From Naegleria gruberi (Eukaryota), in NCBI GenBank assembly GCA_000004985.1, contig GG738864.1: a DNA stretch of 64,000 bases; one strand, written 5' to 3'. Positions 55,201 to 64,000 of the stretch are shown here, one piece after another (the first letter of the stretch is position 1; each line of letters opens with the position of its first letter). Under the pieces are notes generated by a model that did no database searches, had not been told where the DNA came from, and worked only from the letters and a program-made list of their open reading frames with translations. The position numbers and the translations under genes were made by a program.

Positions 55201-57484
55201 AACTGTCAAGAAGAGTATTAACAAGTTCACAACAAAGGCTATCAATGATTCTATTCCTATGGGTCAATACAAGGCTTTCCCATACAATATGCTTTCACTC
55301 ATGACTGAAACTGGTGCCAAGGGTTCTATGGTTAACTCTTCACAAATTGCTGTCTGTTTAGGTCTTCAAGAATTTGAAGGTAAACGTGTTAACGTTCAAG
55401 TTAAGAGTGGTAAGACCCTGCCATCATTCGATTCTTTCGATTCAAACAATATTGCTAACGGTTACGTTGCTAGTAGATTCTTGACTGGTATCAAGCCACA
55501 AGAATTCTTCTTCCATTGTATGGCTGGTAGAGATGGTCTGATTGATACTGCTGTCAAGACAGCTCGTAGTGGTTACTTGCAAAGATGTTTGATTAAGCAC
55601 TTGGAAGACCTTTCCGTTCAATATGATGGTACTGTCAGAAATGGAAACAAGACAGTCGTCCAATTCTCTTACGGTGGTGACCATATTGATCCAATCAAGA
55701 CTGGTTATATGACTCAATTCGATTTCATGAGAATGAACCAAGATTTACTTTCTCAAAGATATAATGAAGAATCAGCTATTCAATACACTAAGGATGTTAA
55801 GGAATGGCAAGAAAAGACTAAGAATGCCACATCTACTATTTATAAGAACGACTTTGTTCAAATCGAAGATCCATGGAATTATTTGGGTGGTGTTTCTGAT
55901 GCTTACGATAAGAAGCTCAAGAAGTACATTGAGGCAACTAAGACCACTACTTTGTCTGATACAAAGAAGAAATTCGACCCAGAACGTATCAAGACATTGG
56001 CTCATCTCAAATATCTCCGTAGTTTGGTTAACGCTAGTGATCCAGTTGGTATTATTGCTGGTCAATCTATTGGTGAACCTTCAACACAGATGACTTTGAA
56101 CACTTTCCACTTTGCTGGTTTGGATATGGCTCACGTTACAGTTGGTATTCCTAGATTGGTTGAATTGTTGATGAGAGGTACTACTCGTGTCCTCACAATG
56201 AATGTTCCAGTTAAGAAGGAATGCGCTCAATACCAAGTCGAAAAGATTTACCAATATGCTGATAGTATTTCAAAGTTGCCATTCTTCAGAGTTTTGACTA
56301 ACATGGACATTCAAGAACAATTCAAGTTCTCCGTTGACGTTAAGCGTAAACAAATTTCAGTTTCTCTCTTCTTTGATATGAAGGACATTACTGAATACTA
56401 CCAAATTTCTAATGATGTTTTTGACAAGAAGGTTCAAACTCTTCTCATCTTGTTAACAGCAAGAATTGTTTCTCCAAAGAAGCTCATGTACTCTAGAATG
56501 AAGGCAATGTTATCCAAACTTGCCAGTTTTGGTGGTACTGGTGCTGTTGCTGATGGAGCTGCACCAGCTGAGGCAGAACCTGAAGAAAACAAGGAAGCCA
56601 CACCAATGGATGCATTCATGGGTACTGATACAGCTGAAATGATGAAAGAGGATAGTGATGAATCCAATGTAAAGAAACCTAAGAAGAAGAAAAAGAAGAG
56701 TGATAGCGACGACGAAGATGAAGATAATGACGAAGATGAAGAAGAAAAGAGATCTAAGAGAAAGAAGAAGAGGGATGAAGAAGAAGAAACACAAATTAAT
56801 AATGATGAAGGCCTTTCTGGAGAAGACCTTTTCATTAAGACTTTCGGATCTGCTTTGGGTGAATATGATGAACATTCTATCAATGCTAAGGAAGGTGTTG
56901 TCACTTTCACATTTACTCAAAAATCAGATGCTGGTAAGGTTTACATTGCTGAAGGTATTCAAGATGTTTTGAAGAATTGCTTCTTACAAAGTGTTGACGG
57001 TATTGAAAACGTTACAGTTGTTCCAACTAATGATGGATACGATCTTTCAATTGAAGGTTTCAACTTTTATGCTTTGCACGCTCTTCCAATGTCCCATGAA
57101 TTGCTCGACCTCAATCGTTTGGTCACAAACAATGTCAACATTATGAACGACCATTATGGTATTGAATCAGGATACGGATTGATTGTTAAGGATGTTTCTT
57201 ACGTCTTTGACATGTACGGTATGGAAGTCAGTCCAGCTCACATTCAATTGATTGCTGATTACCTTACATATCGTGGTTACTATTCCTCATGTAACAGATT
57301 TACCATTAAGAACAGCCCTTCAACATTCTACCGATCTTCTTTCGAACAAGCTTGTCAAAATCTCTTGAAGGCTGCTGTCAGAAGCGAAACTGATACTATG
57401 GTTTCTCCAACTGCTCGTGTTGCCTTGGGTACACCTGTTAGTGTTGGTACTGGCAGTTTTGATTTGTTGCTTGTAAATAAGTAA
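52217..57484 (+). CDS. RPA1: DNA-directed RNA polymerase I largest subunit (RPA1/A190)
   Basis: About 1755 aa single exon. Zn-binding N-terminus (CETCGL...CPGHFGHI), active-site NADFDGDEMNAHF, trigger-loop and cleft regions. Pol I-specific acidic/lysine-rich insert near the C-terminus. The track ORF starts at a TTG at 52208; first ATG at 52217. Confidence 0.85.
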   Translation: MSTVIAKSLQFKFYSDEDIEKLSVLEVDNAITHDEFQIPVRGSLYDPKMGLRDNDGPMARCETCGLVNTFCPGHFGHISIPQPVFNVLLKTDVTQVMNLCCPFCEKLHIPKEEKTILYLVLRLLDCGLPSEAMELNDKPLMFLRKYGNEQEEEPMSEEEAEEGKKKKKKKKKKLDLETEHYRFEDDYQKLVSTTLGLIQQQILKYDVSNELELHSKFLNDEIVFDLKHQIKEKIMKTHAHPPLSKIKTTGCRNCKAVRVPFAILNKDCVALHETTVVNFEFLKALKEWHGKCIHKDYADKSLFDDVDQVDTVLKKRIEKPFCLANNFHLMTTKILKETTSLFYNYLHTDEVVDMLDRVYYNGIETALNEVLFKMDINNEEEHLFDLIAGSIQDNRIRYMDSYILHSFFDNSPALMFTKKVLVMPVRFRPISPLHIAAKEEGKTMVTYVKTDIDIHYINVLKTKKLYEDIQAKLGTSTIRSDNTAIAVLRALQCYINDMLDSTSNTSSGSNRFYSSLLKKKKTSTTTLNRGMKQLMDKKAGLVRQSMMGKRVNYSARTVILPDVAIACNEVSFPAMFAKKMTFMETVTNFNINKMRELVINGAKQYPGANQIVKSGKTQSDVSSSTAVAPYTRPPLSIQLNVVKSKKQRVAMANQLQVGDVVYRHLQDGDMLLMNRQPSLHRPSILAHRARVIANQRVMRLHYASCKSFNADFDGDEMNAHFVQNPIAQSEARQLMDAQLSFCTPTSGEPLRGLIQDHVSSAVLLTMKDNFLSREDYQEILLSANIFDVNEVIRSEIPSILKPTPLWTGKQVITSLLKHVAKKNTPAGAPVFGVNLDCKTKVKGTVWGAHNEEGMVIIRDNELLTGIFDKSQVGSSKYGILHAFDECYGNNASNMLISCLSRMLTFYLHYFAISCGIDDCLLSKSAEANRIETLKNSNEACHHATASYCGLPKKKDASQYDHDKVKEFLAKHMLNPTVSKQTGEIINEKIVRKLDSTVKKSINKFTTKAINDSIPMGQYKAFPYNMLSLMTETGAKGSMVNSSQIAVCLGLQEFEGKRVNVQVKSGKTLPSFDSFDSNNIANGYVASRFLTGIKPQEFFFHCMAGRDGLIDTAVKTARSGYLQRCLIKHLEDLSVQYDGTVRNGNKTVVQFSYGGDHIDPIKTGYMTQFDFMRMNQDLLSQRYNEESAIQYTKDVKEWQEKTKNATSTIYKNDFVQIEDPWNYLGGVSDAYDKKLKKYIEATKTTTLSDTKKKFDPERIKTLAHLKYLRSLVNASDPVGIIAGQSIGEPSTQMTLNTFHFAGLDMAHVTVGIPRLVELLMRGTTRVLTMNVPVKKECAQYQVEKIYQYADSISKLPFFRVLTNMDIQEQFKFSVDVKRKQISVSLFFDMKDITEYYQISNDVFDKKVQTLLILLTARIVSPKKLMYSRMKAMLSKLASFGGTGAVADGAAPAEAEPEENKEATPMDAFMGTDTAEMMKEDSDESNVKKPKKKKKKSDSDDEDEDNDEDEEEKRSKRKKKRDEEEETQINNDEGLSGEDLFIKTFGSALGEYDEHSINAKEGVVTFTFTQKSDAGKVYIAEGIQDVLKNCFLQSVDGIENVTVVPTNDGYDLSIEGFNFYALHALPMSHELLDLNRLVTNNVNIMNDHYGIESGYGLIVKDVSYVFDMYGMEVSPAHIQLIADYLTYRGYYSSCNRFTIKNSPSTFYRSSFEQACQNLLKAAVRSETDTMVSPTARVALGTPVSVGTGSFDLLLVNK

Positions 57485-57589
57485 ATAAAACATTAAATCT
57501 TTAAAAATTATTTATCCTGTTCCAAATTTTAGGTTCCTAAATCCTTATGAAATAGCGAAAACTTTAATGCTACATTTATTAAGATTTAT

Positions 57590-59794
57590 TTATCTTCTTT
57601 TATAGTAACTGTTATTATTGCCACCACCATAGCTTGAGTGATAACCTCTTCTTGCACTGGTATTCACACAATCTCTCAAATACTTTGCAATAGATGAATT
57701 ATCATATAATGTACCTATTCCGACATAGTCAAAGTATTGTTTGAAAGATGAAACATTTTGAATCTTGAAAACTTCACGTTGTAACACATCTTCCAACAAT
57801 TCACCACTCTTTGTCTTTGGAGGACAGCCAAAGTTTGTATCGTACAATCTTCCAAATTCTTCCAAGGAGAGATCACTATATTCTTCAACAATGTTTCTCA
57901 AAAAGAAGACGTGGAACATGATCAATTTGCAGGAAACTTGGTTTGCTTCCCATGATTTGATACATCTTTCAGAGTCCATTTCGTTGAATCTAGCCAATCC
58001 AGGATGCATCTTGATAACCCACAATGCATTTCTAATTGAGGTTTCTTCAACAACAGAGGTCTTAATTGAGTTCCATGTTAATTTACTTGGACCCAGAACT
58101 GAAAGCTTTGGAAGGAATTCTCCAAGATTTGGACAGGAGCTCTTTAATCTAGCGCTTTCAGAGTTCTTGAATTGATTGACTTGATACTTTAAACGATCCA
58201 AAGCTTGTGGGAATTTTTCAATCAAGTAAATTAACCAACGATGGAAGTACATGTAACCGTAGAGAGCTTTGATTGAGGCATGAGTATTACCTTTCATAAT
58301 TTCAACAACCATAGTATTCATCAACTTGCACATCAATTCAATATAAATTGTTGCATTATCTAAGGATTCAGAGCTTGAAATTGAAGGATAAGCAATTTGA
58401 ATTTTCATCACTGACTGTTTCAAAATCTCAAAGTTACCATGCTTTCTGTTGATAAATACTGGGATCCAGTGAGAGAAACATCTTCCCCAGACACTCTTTC
58501 TGACATTCTCCTTATAGAAGGAAGTGTGAGAGAGAAGATCCAGAGGAGTTGAAATTGAGGCAATTGTGCCATCTTTCTTAGTTTCGAAAGATAGACCAAC
58601 ACCAAGTGTATCCTCATTAAATGTTTCCTTAGAGTGGAAACACACTAATTCTCTGGCTGTAGACAAGAATTTGTGTTCACACAAATCATAGAGATATTTG
58701 CTAGACTGTTCAACTCTCTTCAATTCAATAATATTAAGATAGCTGAGAGTGTGTAAAATCAATTCGTTAGGTAAGTCTTTGAGATGCTTCTTTGGTTCAG
58801 GAGTTTTCTTCAACATGCTTACAGCAATTAGGTTTTTGGAAGGTTGCGCAGGAGAAGCTGTTTCAATAATGGTTGATGATTCAACTGCAGACTTTTTCTT
58901 TTCCATCTTTTCTTGAACTTTCTTCAATCTGTTCAGTTTCTTTTTCTTGTTCTTTCCAATGTAGTTTGGATCCTTGGCTTCATCTTGAGATGGTTTTGGT
59001 TGTTCTTCCTTCTTGGCAACAACCTTAGTTGGATCAACATATTGAAAAGGAATATCCCAGGCATTTGTGTTGACTGGAACTGCTTTAGGTTCTGGTTTGG
59101 TTTCTACTGGTTTAGTTTCAGCTATTGTTTTAGGTTCTACAGGTTTAGTTTCAACTTTTGGTTCAACCGTCTTTGGAGTTTCTTTCTTTGGAACTGGCTT
59201 GACCACAGGTTTGTCTTTCTTTAGAACGACAGCTTTAACAGGTTGTGGAACATACTTTGAAGCAAGAATTTCTGAAACATTCCAATAAGGAGCACATGGA
59301 TATATGGTTCCCTTTGTTGGATTGTGTCCAGTTGTGGAATTAACATATTTCCTGGAAGCGTCAATATCACTCTGTATATATCTTTCCTGTCTATCCTCTT
59401 CTTCCAATAAGAATGATTGTAATTGCAACAAGATTGACAAACAAGAGTAACTTGTACTCCAACCCATGTATGGAATATCGTCAAAATAGTGAGCTTTCAA
59501 CATGTCCAAGCAGATCCACCCACCAAAAACGTGAGAGTGATGCAATTGAGTAAGGCAAGCAATTTGTGGAGGTTCATTAGGATAATCCTTTGGAAACTTG
59601 ATATCCAATACAACAATAATTCCATGATACTTGGATGTCTTTGGAGCTAACACAGTTGCATACCAATGAAACATGTCTCCTTGAAATGGCTCAGCATAGA
59701 CAGTTTCTAATGGATTCGATTGAATTTCCTTCAAGTCTCTCGTTATTCTTTTGAGAGCAGAAGAAGGGAGAGCCTTCGAGCTGCTGCTATTCAT
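57590..59794 (-). CDS. Ubiquitin-conjugating (UBC) domain protein with central K/P-rich linker and an F-box-like motif
   Basis: N-terminal UBC fold ...KFPKDYPNEPPQIACLTQLHHSHVFGGWICLDML (active-site Cys; the HPN triad reads HSH). PKxE/KPV repeats. LPNELILHTLSYLNIIELKRVEQSSKYLYDL is F-box-like. ATG start, TAA stop. Confidence 0.55.
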   Translation of the reverse strand: MNSSSSKALPSSALKRITRDLKEIQSNPLETVYAEPFQGDMFHWYATVLAPKTSKYHGIIVVLDIKFPKDYPNEPPQIACLTQLHHSHVFGGWICLDMLKAHYFDDIPYMGWSTSYSCLSILLQLQSFLLEEEDRQERYIQSDIDASRKYVNSTTGHNPTKGTIYPCAPYWNVSEILASKYVPQPVKAVVLKKDKPVVKPVPKKETPKTVEPKVETKPVEPKTIAETKPVETKPEPKAVPVNTNAWDIPFQYVDPTKVVAKKEEQPKPSQDEAKDPNYIGKNKKKKLNRLKKVQEKMEKKKSAVESSTIIETASPAQPSKNLIAVSMLKKTPEPKKHLKDLPNELILHTLSYLNIIELKRVEQSSKYLYDLCEHKFLSTARELVCFHSKETFNEDTLGVGLSFETKKDGTIASISTPLDLLSHTSFYKENVRKSVWGRCFSHWIPVFINRKHGNFEILKQSVMKIQIAYPSISSSESLDNATIYIELMCKLMNTMVVEIMKGNTHASIKALYGYMYFHRWLIYLIEKFPQALDRLKYQVNQFKNSESARLKSSCPNLGEFLPKLSVLGPSKLTWNSIKTSVVEETSIRNALWVIKMHPGLARFNEMDSERCIKSWEANQVSCKLIMFHVFFLRNIVEEYSDLSLEEFGRLYDTNFGCPPKTKSGELLEDVLQREVFKIQNVSSFKQYFDYVGIGTLYDNSSIAKYLRDCVNTSARRGYHSSYGGGNNNSYYKRR

Positions 59795-60501
59795 TTGTAT
59801 TTGTTTTTTCTTTGTTGATATTGTTAAAGCATGGAACAGCCTTCCGAGCTATTTAAATAGTTTCAAAATTTGATGAACAGAGTAGAGCTGAAGTTGAATT
59901 TTCAAAGTAAATCCGGATCGATTTGATGAGATGTTATCAAGTAAATTGAATTTTCATCATTTTTTTAAGCGCCAAAAATAGCTTGAAAAGGTATTTGAAA
60001 CAAAAAGAAAGAGCTGTGATTACTTCTGGTTTACGGTCTGGAAAATTTTGCAAGTAATAACCTTAATCTTAAATAACTTCCCATGCATGATTAATCAATG
60101 TGATAATAAATATTTACCAAGAGAAGGTGATTAAAAAATGATTACCACAATCAACCTCATTTTTTCGTCAATAAAAAATTGTGAAGCATCTTTGCATCCT
60201 TTTAGAGCCTAATGATGATCACTAAATCATGACTAGAGTCTCCGAATCCCTGTGAGCGATAACCCAACAAACTCAACTCAACAACTCTGACAAGCTTATT
60301 ATCTTTACATTAATTTAATTGCTAAATATTAAATACACATTAATTTTTTAATTTTGAATCAATTTTCAAAATTGGAAAATCTAAGGAGATGACATACTCC
60401 TTCAAAACTCCTTGGAGATGGGAGTGAGTATCAAGAAGAAAACCTGGCGTGAAATTTAATGATCCTCTCGCTTGTCAATAGTTTTCATATCATAAAAAAA
60501 T

Positions 60502-62417
60502 ATGAAACAATCACTCTTGCTAGTTGTTGCTGTTTGTTCCGTGATGGCAATGTTATTGTCATCATTGGCCGTGGCACAAACTGAAAAGGATCATCTCGTT
60601 ACAACTCTCCCTGGTTATAAGGTATGTTTGTTTTATTGCATGGATGCTGATATGCTGAACCATTGACAATAATGCACGGGCAAATTATTCACAAATATTC
60701 ACTCTTGTATGAATTTTAATAATAATTAATAATATAGGATGGTAGAACACCACTTCCATTCAAATCATATACTGGTTATTTATTGGCAAATCAAACTAGA
60801 GGCCATTACTTGTTTTATTGGTTTTTTGAAGCTCAAACAAATAGTGACACAGCTCCTCTTGTTTTCTGGACAAATGGTGGACCAGGTTAGTAGTATAATC
60901 TGTTGTGGCATTCAATATTTTCTATGAAAATCATGCAATTTTTTTATGATATGGAACTATACAGGCTGTTCAAGTCTTGGAGGAGAAGCCAGTGAACGTA
61001 TGTATTTAAAAGTTATTATCAATTGAGGATCATTTAATATTATATAGATGGATTTTTACTTGTCAATGCTGATGGTGCTACTTTGAGAGAAAATCCATAC
61101 AGTTGGAATAGAAAGGCCAATATGTTGTACATTGAACAACCTATTGGTGTTGGTTTCAGTTATTCAAATCATACTTCTGATTATGGAGTTGTCAATGATG
61201 TGATGGCTGCTTCTGATATGGCTAATGCTTACAGAGATTTCATTAAGAGATTCCCAAAGTTTTTGAATAGAGATGTTTATTTGTCAGGTGAAGTAAGTAT
61301 ATTCACACATTGAATGAGATTGAATTTCTTACCAAATAATAGTCTTATGGAGGAGTTTATGTTCCAACTACTGCAGCTGAAATTATTCAAGGAAACCAAA
61401 ATGGACAAGTCCCATACATTAATTTGAAGGGTATTTTAGTCGGAAATGGTGTTACAGGTATGTTTACTGAAATGTTAAATTCCATAACAATTATTTCTAG
61501 ATGCTGAGGCTGACGCAAATAGCATTCCACCAATGATGAAATATCACAGTTTGATCTCTATCAAGTATTACGAGCAAGGTTTTGCTGCATGCAAGGGTGA
61601 TTTCTTTAACAATCAAAATGTTCCAGCTTGTGCTCAATTTTTGGACCAAAGTAACAATGTCATGGGTAATATTAACCCATACTACATTTATGACAGCTGT
61701 CCATGGTTGGGTATTACTTCTCAAAAAGCCAAGATTTCATTCCAAGAAAAGAAATTCAATGTTTTGAATGAACAAGGAAAGAAAGTCGATGTTCATCCAC
61801 TTTTCCAAATGTACAAACATGGTGGTTGGTCAAAGAGAGTTGCATTGCAATCAAATTCTAAGGTTAGAATGGAGTCTGACAGTCCATGTGTTCCAAATCA
61901 ATCCATTGCTAAATATTTCAAGAGATTGGATGTCCAAAAAGCCCTTGGTATTCAACACGGAACTGTTGATCCAAATGGTTGGGATATCTGTACCAATGCC
62001 ATTAATTATACTCAAGTTTATCCAAGTATTCTTCCATTCTATACAAAGTTGTTGCAACACATTAGAATTCTTGTTTTCTCTGGTGATGTAGACATGGTAA
62101 GTTCTCCATATTTCTAATTGTTTTTAATAATTACTAATTTTAATATTTTAATTCCATAGGTTGTTAACTCTTACGGAACTCAAGCTGCTATTGATAAATT
62201 GCAATTGCAAGAAACTTCATCTTGGAGAACTTGGGAACATGAAACAGTTACTGGAACAGTTGTTGGAGGATATATCAGAAAGTTTGGACCAGGCGGAAAG
62301 AATGGACAAGGATTGACCTTTATTACCATTAGAGGCGGTTCTCACATGGTTCCTATGGTGAAACCAGAAGCTGCTCTCACCTACTTTACTAAATTCTTGG
62401 ATGGTGATTGTTGTTAA
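60502..62417 (+). CDS. Serine carboxypeptidase (peptidase S10), secreted, about 7 exons
   Basis: Signal peptide [25 protein letters not shown]. Exons encode ...[42 protein letters not shown]..., catalytic [14 protein letters not shown] (GESYxG), and C-terminal ...[20 protein letters not shown] (His). Introns with GTATGT/GTTAGT/GTAAGT donors. Confidence 0.75.
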
Positions 62418-62432
62418 ATAAAGTTAAACATT

Positions 62433-63008
62433 TTATTGAGATGATTCATTTGGATTCTTTAAATATTTAATAACCTTACAAGGATTTCCAGCAGCAACAA
62501 CATATGGAGGAATATCCTTAGTGACAACAGAACCAGCTCCAATAGTTGTTCCCTTTCCAATCTTAACTCCTGGAAGAATAATTGCAGCTCCACCAATCCA
62601 AACATCATCTCCAATCTCAATTGGTTTTGCATATTCCAATCCAGATTTTCTCTCCTCTGGATCCACTGGATGAGTTGCAGTATATACATTTACATTAGGT
62701 CCAAATAAAACATTATTTCCAATTCTAATTTCACACACATCCAACATGACACATCCAAAATTAGCAAAAAATGATTTTCCATAATGAATATTATATCCAT
62801 AATCACATCTAAATGTTGGTTCTAGAAAACTTCCCTCACCATGAGTTCCCATCAATTCTTTCAAAATTCCATCCATTACCTTCTTATCTTGTTCATTATT
62901 ATAGAGATGAACGAGTTGACGAGCTTTGGCTCTCTCTTGAACTAGCTGTTCATCCATGGCATTGTAGAGCTCTCCAGCGAGCATTTTCTCCTTTTCACTT
63001 CTTTGCAT
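62433..63008 (-). CDS. Maltose/galactoside O-acetyltransferase (left-handed beta-helix hexapeptide family)
   Basis: 191 aa. N-terminal Mac domain (MLAGELYNAMDEQLVQERAKARQL). Hexapeptide repeats (IGDDVWIGGAAIILPGVKIGKGTTIGAGSVVTKDIPPYVVAAGNP). ATG start, TAA stop. Confidence 0.75.
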   Translation of the reverse strand: MQRSEKEKMLAGELYNAMDEQLVQERAKARQLVHLYNNEQDKKVMDGILKELMGTHGEGSFLEPTFRCDYGYNIHYGKSFFANFGCVMLDVCEIRIGNNVLFGPNVNVYTATHPVDPEERKSGLEYAKPIEIGDDVWIGGAAIILPGVKIGKGTTIGAGSVVTKDIPPYVVAAGNPCKVIKYLKNPNESSQ

Positions 63009-63267
63009 TTTTTTTTGATTGTTTTTTGTAATAATTTAACTTGGATATTAATATTGGACGAATCTTATTTGGAAAGACACGTGTTTTTTCATTCTTTTCA
63101 GCTGAATTGAAAAAGAAATATCTTTTCAATAAATGTTTAAAGTTTAAAACAACTTACAAAATCCGCCAAATCAAGTTCTTTAAGTTTTGTAACACAATAT
63201 GGAGTTTACTTTAGTTATGTAACATGATATGGAGTTTACAATATTATAACACATCCCAACAAAAAAA

Positions 63268-64000
63268 ATGTCAATATTTTCACCACAAAACGATAATGAT
63301 GAAGAATTTCTCATTCAAGATTTGATCAAGGCACATTTAGAAGGAAAATCATCACAAAAAACACTTGAAAAATTCCTAAATGATCCCTTCTATGGGATGT
63401 GTGATCGGATCAGAAGGTGGATTAAACAAGATGAATCGAGAGGATGTTCTGTTGCTTCGGAAGAAGTGATCAATGTGGATTTACTTAGAAAATTGGATGA
63501 TAATATCAAGTATGATATTATGGAATTTATTCCAACCTTTTCGAAATGGAAACAATTCAATCTGGAAAGGGAATATTTGAAAAGGATTAATTTTCCAAAA
63601 GAAATAATTCATTCCAATGAATATTATCTGGATAGCAACTTGGTAACCTTTCACAAAATGAGATTAATTTCCAAATCTTTCAATAGACGAATGATGATTA
63701 AAATATTGAATATTGAAGAAGTTTTCATTGATATGGAATTACCTAATGCAAGAGAACTAATCGAAGGTTTCAATATATTATTCGCTAAACAGACTAAATA
63801 TGTTAAGGAAAATAGAATATTACCAGATTCAACTTTGTATCTGTATTCAGATAAGACAGTTCCTGATCCTTTAGAAGCTTTGAAAAAGAGTGTTAAGAAG
63901 GTTAAGAAGAAAGCATCCTTGTTCGATGATGAGGATGAGGATGAGATGTTTCCTGTTGGAACGAGTAGCTCAATATTTGATGATTCATCTGAGGATGATT
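63268..64000 (+). CDS. 5'-partial view of a gene of unknown function; ORF runs off the window end
   Basis: ATG near 63268 (MSIFSPQNDNDEEFLIQDLIKAHLEG...), open in frame to position 64000 with a D/E-rich tail. No stop within the window. Confidence 0.35.
   Translation, partial: MSIFSPQNDNDEEFLIQDLIKAHLEGKSSQKTLEKFLNDPFYGMCDRIRRWIKQDESRGCSVASEEVINVDLLRKLDDNIKYDIMEFIPTFSKWKQFNLEREYLKRINFPKEIIHSNEYYLDSNLVTFHKMRLISKSFNRRMMIKILNIEEVFIDMELPNARELIEGFNILFAKQTKYVKENRILPDSTLYLYSDKTVPDPLEALKKSVKKVKKKASLFDDEDEDEMFPVGTSSSIFDDSSEDD

Noticed and set aside
1-64000. Prokaryotic-style features (operons, CRISPR arrays, defence islands) and transposable elements with RT, integrase or transposase ORFs
   Set aside because: None seen. 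Spliceosomal introns, the eukaryotic 5S rRNA and tRNA, and eukaryote-specific proteins show this is nuclear DNA. No YxDD reverse-transcriptase, DDE or integrase motifs were seen in any long ORF.

Overview
This 64 kb window is AT-rich (roughly 30-35% GC), gene-dense eukaryotic nuclear DNA; it is not prokaryotic. Genes sit on both strands and carry short spliceosomal introns of roughly 36-170 nt, with GTAAGT/GTATGT/GTTTGT donors and YAG acceptors. Almost every gene ends in TAA. About 35 protein-coding genes can be recognised. They include the RNA polymerase I largest subunit, ribosomal proteins eL8 (L7a) and eS21, an INTS6 homolog, a CDK, UBXD7, ACBP, NDUFA8, an OSBP-related protein, a SAC-domain phosphatase, a serine carboxypeptidase, an LbH acetyltransferase, a bacterial-type dCTP deaminase with introns and a minimal ionotropic glutamate receptor. 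RNA genes are one solo 5S rRNA, one tRNA-Phe(GAA), and an inverted 5S 3' fragment. The gene content (Integrator, complex I NDUFA8, iGluR, 7TM-RGS, several F-box fusions) points to an amoebozoan-like, holozoan-like or early-diverging lineage rather than a typical fungus; I cannot name the organism. No prokaryotic operon, CRISPR array or clear transposon is present. The most interesting signals are translational oddities. There is an in-frame TGA exactly at the invariant Trp codon of an ARF-family GTPase. There is an in-frame TGA inside the catalytic domain of a 2OG-Fe(II) oxygenase. There are -1 frame breaks in two otherwise well-conserved genes (an enoyl-CoA hydratase and the iGluR). Together these suggest occasional UGA decoding as Trp or readthrough, recent pseudogenisation, or assembly indels. 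Other notable points are unusual domain fusions (F-box + Ras-like GTPase with a crippled switch II; UBC + F-box), a 5S gene bracketed by inverted repeats, a tandem-repeat LRR gene, a secreted polybasic repeat precursor, and a coiled-coil protein with iterated acidic SSFDFI motifs. Coordinates I derived by hand, rather than from the ORF track, may be off by 1-2 nt.
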